Assembly: GCA_963663165.1 (NCBI GenBank)
Contig: OY760175.1
Span: 2,752,001-2,816,000, forward strand
Source of the DNA: an uncultured Desulfospira sp.
GTDB lineage: Bacteria > Desulfobacterota > Desulfobacteria > Desulfobacterales > Desulfobacteraceae
DNA length: 64,000 bases
Direction: 5' to 3'
The notes beneath the pieces were generated by a model, which was not told the DNA's origin, made no database searches, and was given only the letters and a program-made list of their open reading frames with translations. This document shows positions 60,640 to 64,000 of this stretch, piece by piece. Each line of letters begins with the position of its first letter. The first letter of the stretch is position 1. A program made the position numbers and the translations under genes.

Positions 60640-61419
60640 ATGACCATTAAACAGATTCTCTCATCATTTTTGACCGCTGCATTTATTTTTCTGGGGATAG
60701 GTTTTTCTACCGGCACTGTCCAGGCCGAAACCATCCGGATTTTTGCCGCAGCATCCACCACCAATGCCGTTGGCGACATTATAAACGCATACAAAGCAAA
60801 AACCGGCAAAGAGGTGGTCCCCTCGTTTGCGTCCTCATCCACTCTGGCAAAACAGATCGACCAGGGCGCCCCGGCTGATGTCTACCTGTCCGCAAACCCC
60901 AAATGGATGAACTTTCTTGAAGAAAAAGGCCTGGTGGCATCCGGCACACGGACTGACCTCCTGGGCAACCGGATTTCTTTGATTCAACCCTTAAGCGGTT
61001 CTCTGAATATCACCATTGCCCCGGGCATGGACCTTGCCGGAATCCTGGGCAGCGACAAGCTGGCCATGGGAGATCCGGACCATGTTCCGGCCGGCATATA
61101 CGGCCGCAAAGCCTTGGAATCCCTTGGTGCATGGGATTCAGTGGCCGCCAAGGTGGCCCGGTGCAAGGATGTCAGGGCCGCCCTGGCCTTAGTGGAAAGA
61201 GCGGAAACCCCCTTAGGGGTTGTCTATGCCACGGATGCAGCCATCTCATCTAAGGTAAAAACCGTTTCCCTTTTCCCCGAAAACAGCCACCCGCCCATCA
61301 CCTACCCGGCCTGTATTATTAAAGACAAGGCCAATGATGAGGCCAAAGCGTTTTTTGATTTTCTGAAAAGCCCGGATGCAGCTGCCATATTCCAAAAATA
61401 CGGATTTTCTGTTAAATAA
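60640..61419 (+). CDS. modA: Molybdate ABC transporter substrate-binding protein
   Basis: Signal peptide, FAAAST, FASSSTLAKQI, DPDHVPAGIYG, DVRAAL, VYATDA. Confidence 0.95.
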   Translation: MTIKQILSSFLTAAFIFLGIGFSTGTVQAETIRIFAAASTTNAVGDIINAYKAKTGKEVVPSFASSSTLAKQIDQGAPADVYLSANPKWMNFLEEKGLVASGTRTDLLGNRISLIQPLSGSLNITIAPGMDLAGILGSDKLAMGDPDHVPAGIYGRKALESLGAWDSVAAKVARCKDVRAALALVERAETPLGVVYATDAAISSKVKTVSLFPENSHPPITYPACIIKDKANDEAKAFFDFLKSPDAAAIFQKYGFSVK

Positions 61420-61492
61420 CGGCCACGGGCCGCCTTGGTTATCCAACCAAGAACCGCCCATAACAAATAATGAGGATTTCATATAACCCCCA

Positions 61493-62188
61493 ATGGAATT
61501 AACGCCCATAGAAATTGAAGCCCTTCGCCTGAGCCTCTGGGTTGCCGGCTGGGCCGTGGCCGGCAGCCTGGCCCCCGGCATTTTCATGGCCTGGCTGCTG
61601 GCCAAAAAAAATTTTATCGGCAAAAGCATTGTGGACGGACTGGTTCACCTGCCCCTGGTCCTTCCGCCGGTAGTCACCGGGTATATGCTGCTGCTGGTCA
61701 TGGGCAAGCAAGGGGTGCTGGGCCGGTGGCTGTTTCAGCTGACCGGATTCAGTTTTGCCTTTAACTGGAAAGGGGCGGCCCTGGCATCGGGGATCATGGC
61801 CTTTCCCCTTCTGGTCCGGGCCATCCGGTTATCCATGGAAAGTGTGGATCAGGGGCTTGAACAGGCGGCCCAGACCCTGGGGGCCGGTCCTTTGGACCAG
61901 TTTTTCACCGTCACCCTGCCCTTGACCCTTCCCGGCATCCTTACCGGGGTGATCCTTGCCTTTGCCCGTAGCCTGAGCGAATTCGGGGCCACCATCACCT
62001 TTGTGTCCAATATCCCGGGGGAAACCCGGACCCTGCCGCTGGCCCTTTACACCTTAACCCAGATGCCGGACGGAGAGTCCGGGGCATTAAGGCTTTGCAT
62101 TATCTCCGCCGGGGTGGCGCTTTTGGCCCTGATGGCCTCTGAAATACTGGCCCGGCGGCTCAACCGGCGAATGAAGGGGATCGGCTGA
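61493..62188 (+). CDS. modB: Molybdate ABC transporter permease
   Basis: LPLVLPPVVTGY, LEQAAQTLGA, FARSLSEFGAT. Confidence 0.95.
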   Translation: MELTPIEIEALRLSLWVAGWAVAGSLAPGIFMAWLLAKKNFIGKSIVDGLVHLPLVLPPVVTGYMLLLVMGKQGVLGRWLFQLTGFSFAFNWKGAALASGIMAFPLLVRAIRLSMESVDQGLEQAAQTLGAGPLDQFFTVTLPLTLPGILTGVILAFARSLSEFGATITFVSNIPGETRTLPLALYTLTQMPDGESGALRLCIISAGVALLALMASEILARRLNRRMKGIG

Positions 62189-62952
62189 TGCTTGATGTCA
62201 CCATCAAAAAAGCCCAGGGCCAGTTTCTGGTGGACACCAGCTTTACGGTTCCGGGAAATTCAGTGACGGCCCTGTTTGGCCGGTCCGGGGCGGGGAAAAC
62301 CTCGATAATCAACATGATTGCCGGCCTTGCCACCCCCGATGAGGGAACGATTAAGATCAACGATACGGTGGTGTTTGATTCGGCCCGCAAGATCAGCCTG
62401 CCGCCTTTTAAGCGGCGGATCGGATACGTATTCCAGGAAGGCCGGCTTTTCCCCCACCTTAGTGTTAAATCCAACCTGATATACGGCATGAAGCGGATCA
62501 AACCCTCAAACCGGTGCATTGCCTTTGACAAGGTGGTTGAACTGCTGGGCATTGCCCATCTCCTCGAGCGGCGCCCGGCCACCCTGTCCGGCGGAGAAAA
62601 ACAGCGGATCGCCATTGGGCGCGCCCTTTTATCGAGCCCTCAGCTCCTGCTCATGGATGAACCCCTGGCATCCCTGGATGCTGCCCGAAAGGCCGAAGTT
62701 CTCCCGTTTATCAGCAGACTGCCCGAACAATTTGAAATCCCCATCCTCTATGTCAGCCACGCTATAGATGAAATCCTGGGCATGGCAAAGACCCTTGTTT
62801 TCCTGGTGGACGGCAAGGCCAGGGCGGTGGGGTCCGTCAACGAGGTAACCCAAAGACCAGACTTTCAACAGGTTCTTGGCAGAATTCCACCGGAGCCTGA
62901 CAGTGAAGGGGACAACCCGCCTCAACCGTTGCGGACAATTGCAGCAGGATAA
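62188..62952 (+). CDS. modC: Molybdate ABC transporter ATP-binding protein (short form)
   Basis: GRSGAGKT, LSGGEKQR, LMDEP, YVSH. Confidence 0.92.
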   Translation: MLDVTIKKAQGQFLVDTSFTVPGNSVTALFGRSGAGKTSIINMIAGLATPDEGTIKINDTVVFDSARKISLPPFKRRIGYVFQEGRLFPHLSVKSNLIYGMKRIKPSNRCIAFDKVVELLGIAHLLERRPATLSGGEKQRIAIGRALLSSPQLLLMDEPLASLDAARKAEVLPFISRLPEQFEIPILYVSHAIDEILGMAKTLVFLVDGKARAVGSVNEVTQRPDFQQVLGRIPPEPDSEGDNPPQPLRTIAAG

Positions 62953-62979
62953 CCCGGCAGGAAGGATTTTCCTGCCGGG
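62953..62979. terminator. Hairpin after modC
   Basis: CCCGGCAGGAA...TTCCTGCCGGG. Confidence 0.65.
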
Positions 62980-63030
62980 GAATGAAAGATTTCCCTTACT
63001 TAAAGGGAAACAGGCAGGGGAATGAAAAAA

Positions 63031-63363
63031 TCAGGGCAGGGGTGGTCCGAATTCAATTTGTGTATCCAGGGTAACCATGACATGGTCTTTAACCCCTTTT
63101 TGGCTGACGTCCTCAATATATTTAATCCGGGTAGGCCTTCGCTGGGCAGGAACGGTTTTATCCGGAAAATGAAAGGTCATGGGGATCACATCCCCTGTTT
63201 TAATGCTCCCGAGAGCAGCTGAATCTTTTTTGATCAAGGCAAACAAGGCGTCACCTTCAGTCTGCCGCACCTTAAAATGGAAAAACAGCCCGGGGTTGCT
63301 CAATTGAAACTCAGCACTGGCGTATGGCTGGGCAGGGACCGAATTCGATTTCAAATTATACAT
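63031..63363 (-). CDS. Hypothetical protein, possibly a degenerate PilZ-like domain
   Basis: AAGGAG RBS (start ATG 63363 or TTG 63354); beta-rich pattern; has its own sigma54 promoter. Confidence 0.6.
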   Translation of the reverse strand: MYNLKSNSVPAQPYASAEFQLSNPGLFFHFKVRQTEGDALFALIKKDSAALGSIKTGDVIPMTFHFPDKTVPAQRRPTRIKYIEDVSQKGVKDHVMVTLDTQIEFGPPLP

Positions 63364-63429
63364 CTCCTTGTGAAAGCGGTTAGCTGTTAGCATTCTAACC
63401 GGCTATGTTGATTATTCATCTCCGATAAA

Positions 63430-63445
63430 AGCAACTTGTGTGCCG
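63430..63445 (-). promoter_or_regulatory. Sigma54 -24/-12 promoter (leftward)
   Basis: Reverse complement CGGCAC-ACAAG-TTGCT; IHF site TATCAATGGGTTA at 63451-63463 (-). Confidence 0.75.
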
Positions 63446-63596
63446 TCTGGTAACCCATTGATATTACGGACGCTGGTTCTGTCATATCCAGGCCGGGTTA
63501 CCAAATCGTACTCCCGGGTTACAATATTTGCACCTTTTGTCACCGTCCCCACGGGTTAAATTTAAAAAAAGCAACCAAATCAAAGCGTTAGACCTA

Positions 63597-63612
63597 TGGC
63601 ACGGGGATTGCT
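63597..63612 (+). promoter_or_regulatory. Sigma54 -24/-12 promoter (rightward)
   Basis: TGGCAC-GGGGA-TTGCT; IHF site AATCAAAGCGTTA at 63578-63590. Confidence 0.85.
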
Positions 63613-63675
63613 CCTTTATGGTCCAGGCATGATGCCGCATGGATTAAGCCCTTTAATCATTAAGGAGAAGATCAA

Positions 63676-64000
63676 ATGAACGCAAACCATTTCATCACAG
63701 GCCTGATGATGGCCTTATGCCTGGGGTTCTTTTCACCGGCCTGGGCCATAGAGCCCGAGACGGTGGACCTTCATCCGGCCCCGGCAAAGAGTGCCGACCA
63801 GGCCTACGGCCGGGAAACCATAGTCAAAGGGGTGGTTGAAAAGGCGGATTTCGGCCTTTTTCTGCTATACGGCAAAGGCACTTTCCGGTTGGAAGGGGAC
63901 AAAGAAATGAACAAACTGGCCGGCCGGGCCGTTGAAATCCGGGGGATCCTGAAAAAAGGGGAAAAGGAAGATATTATTCTGGTGCAGCAGGCCAGGGTCC
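63676..64000 (+). CDS. Exported hypothetical protein, 3'-truncated by the window edge
   Basis: TAAGGAG RBS; MNANHFITGLMMALCLGFFSPAWA signal peptide; frame open to the window end. Confidence 0.75.
   Translation, partial: MNANHFITGLMMALCLGFFSPAWAIEPETVDLHPAPAKSADQAYGRETIVKGVVEKADFGLFLLYGKGTFRLEGDKEMNKLAGRAVEIRGILKKGEKEDIILVQQARV

Overview
A ~52% GC chromosomal window whose gene content points to a sulfate-reducing Desulfobacteraceae-like bacterium (taxonomy inferred, not searched). Left to right: a truncated metallophosphoesterase/choice-of-anchor-I/dockerin fusion; tdh-kbl; a Wsp-like chemosensory operon (CheR-TPR, REC-REC-GGDEF, tandem CheW, MCP, CheA-REC, CheB) interrupted by decayed V4R and cysteine-desulfurase fragments and followed by a pentapeptide-repeat K+ channel; an accessory stretch with two MITEs (both with terminal inverted repeats and target-site duplications), an integrase remnant and a RelE/ParE-RHH toxin-antitoxin pair; a TetR plus acyl-CoA ligase plus 2-hydroxyacyl-CoA dehydratase-family operon; a hybrid kinase; an RnfB-flavoprotein fusion; core genes (rluD-like, carD, pth, rplY, prs, tRNA-Gln, ispE); Wood-Ljungdahl genes (folD and fhs, divergent from acsD-cooS-acsB-acsC-acsE-cooC); gluQ-like; a CHASE2 adenylate cyclase; modABC; and mirror-image sigma54 promoters, each with an IHF site. 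Intergenic DNA carries several 7-8-mer tandem or inverted repeat families and three candidate structured RNAs. I saw no CRISPR array or rRNA. All product calls come from motif recognition only.
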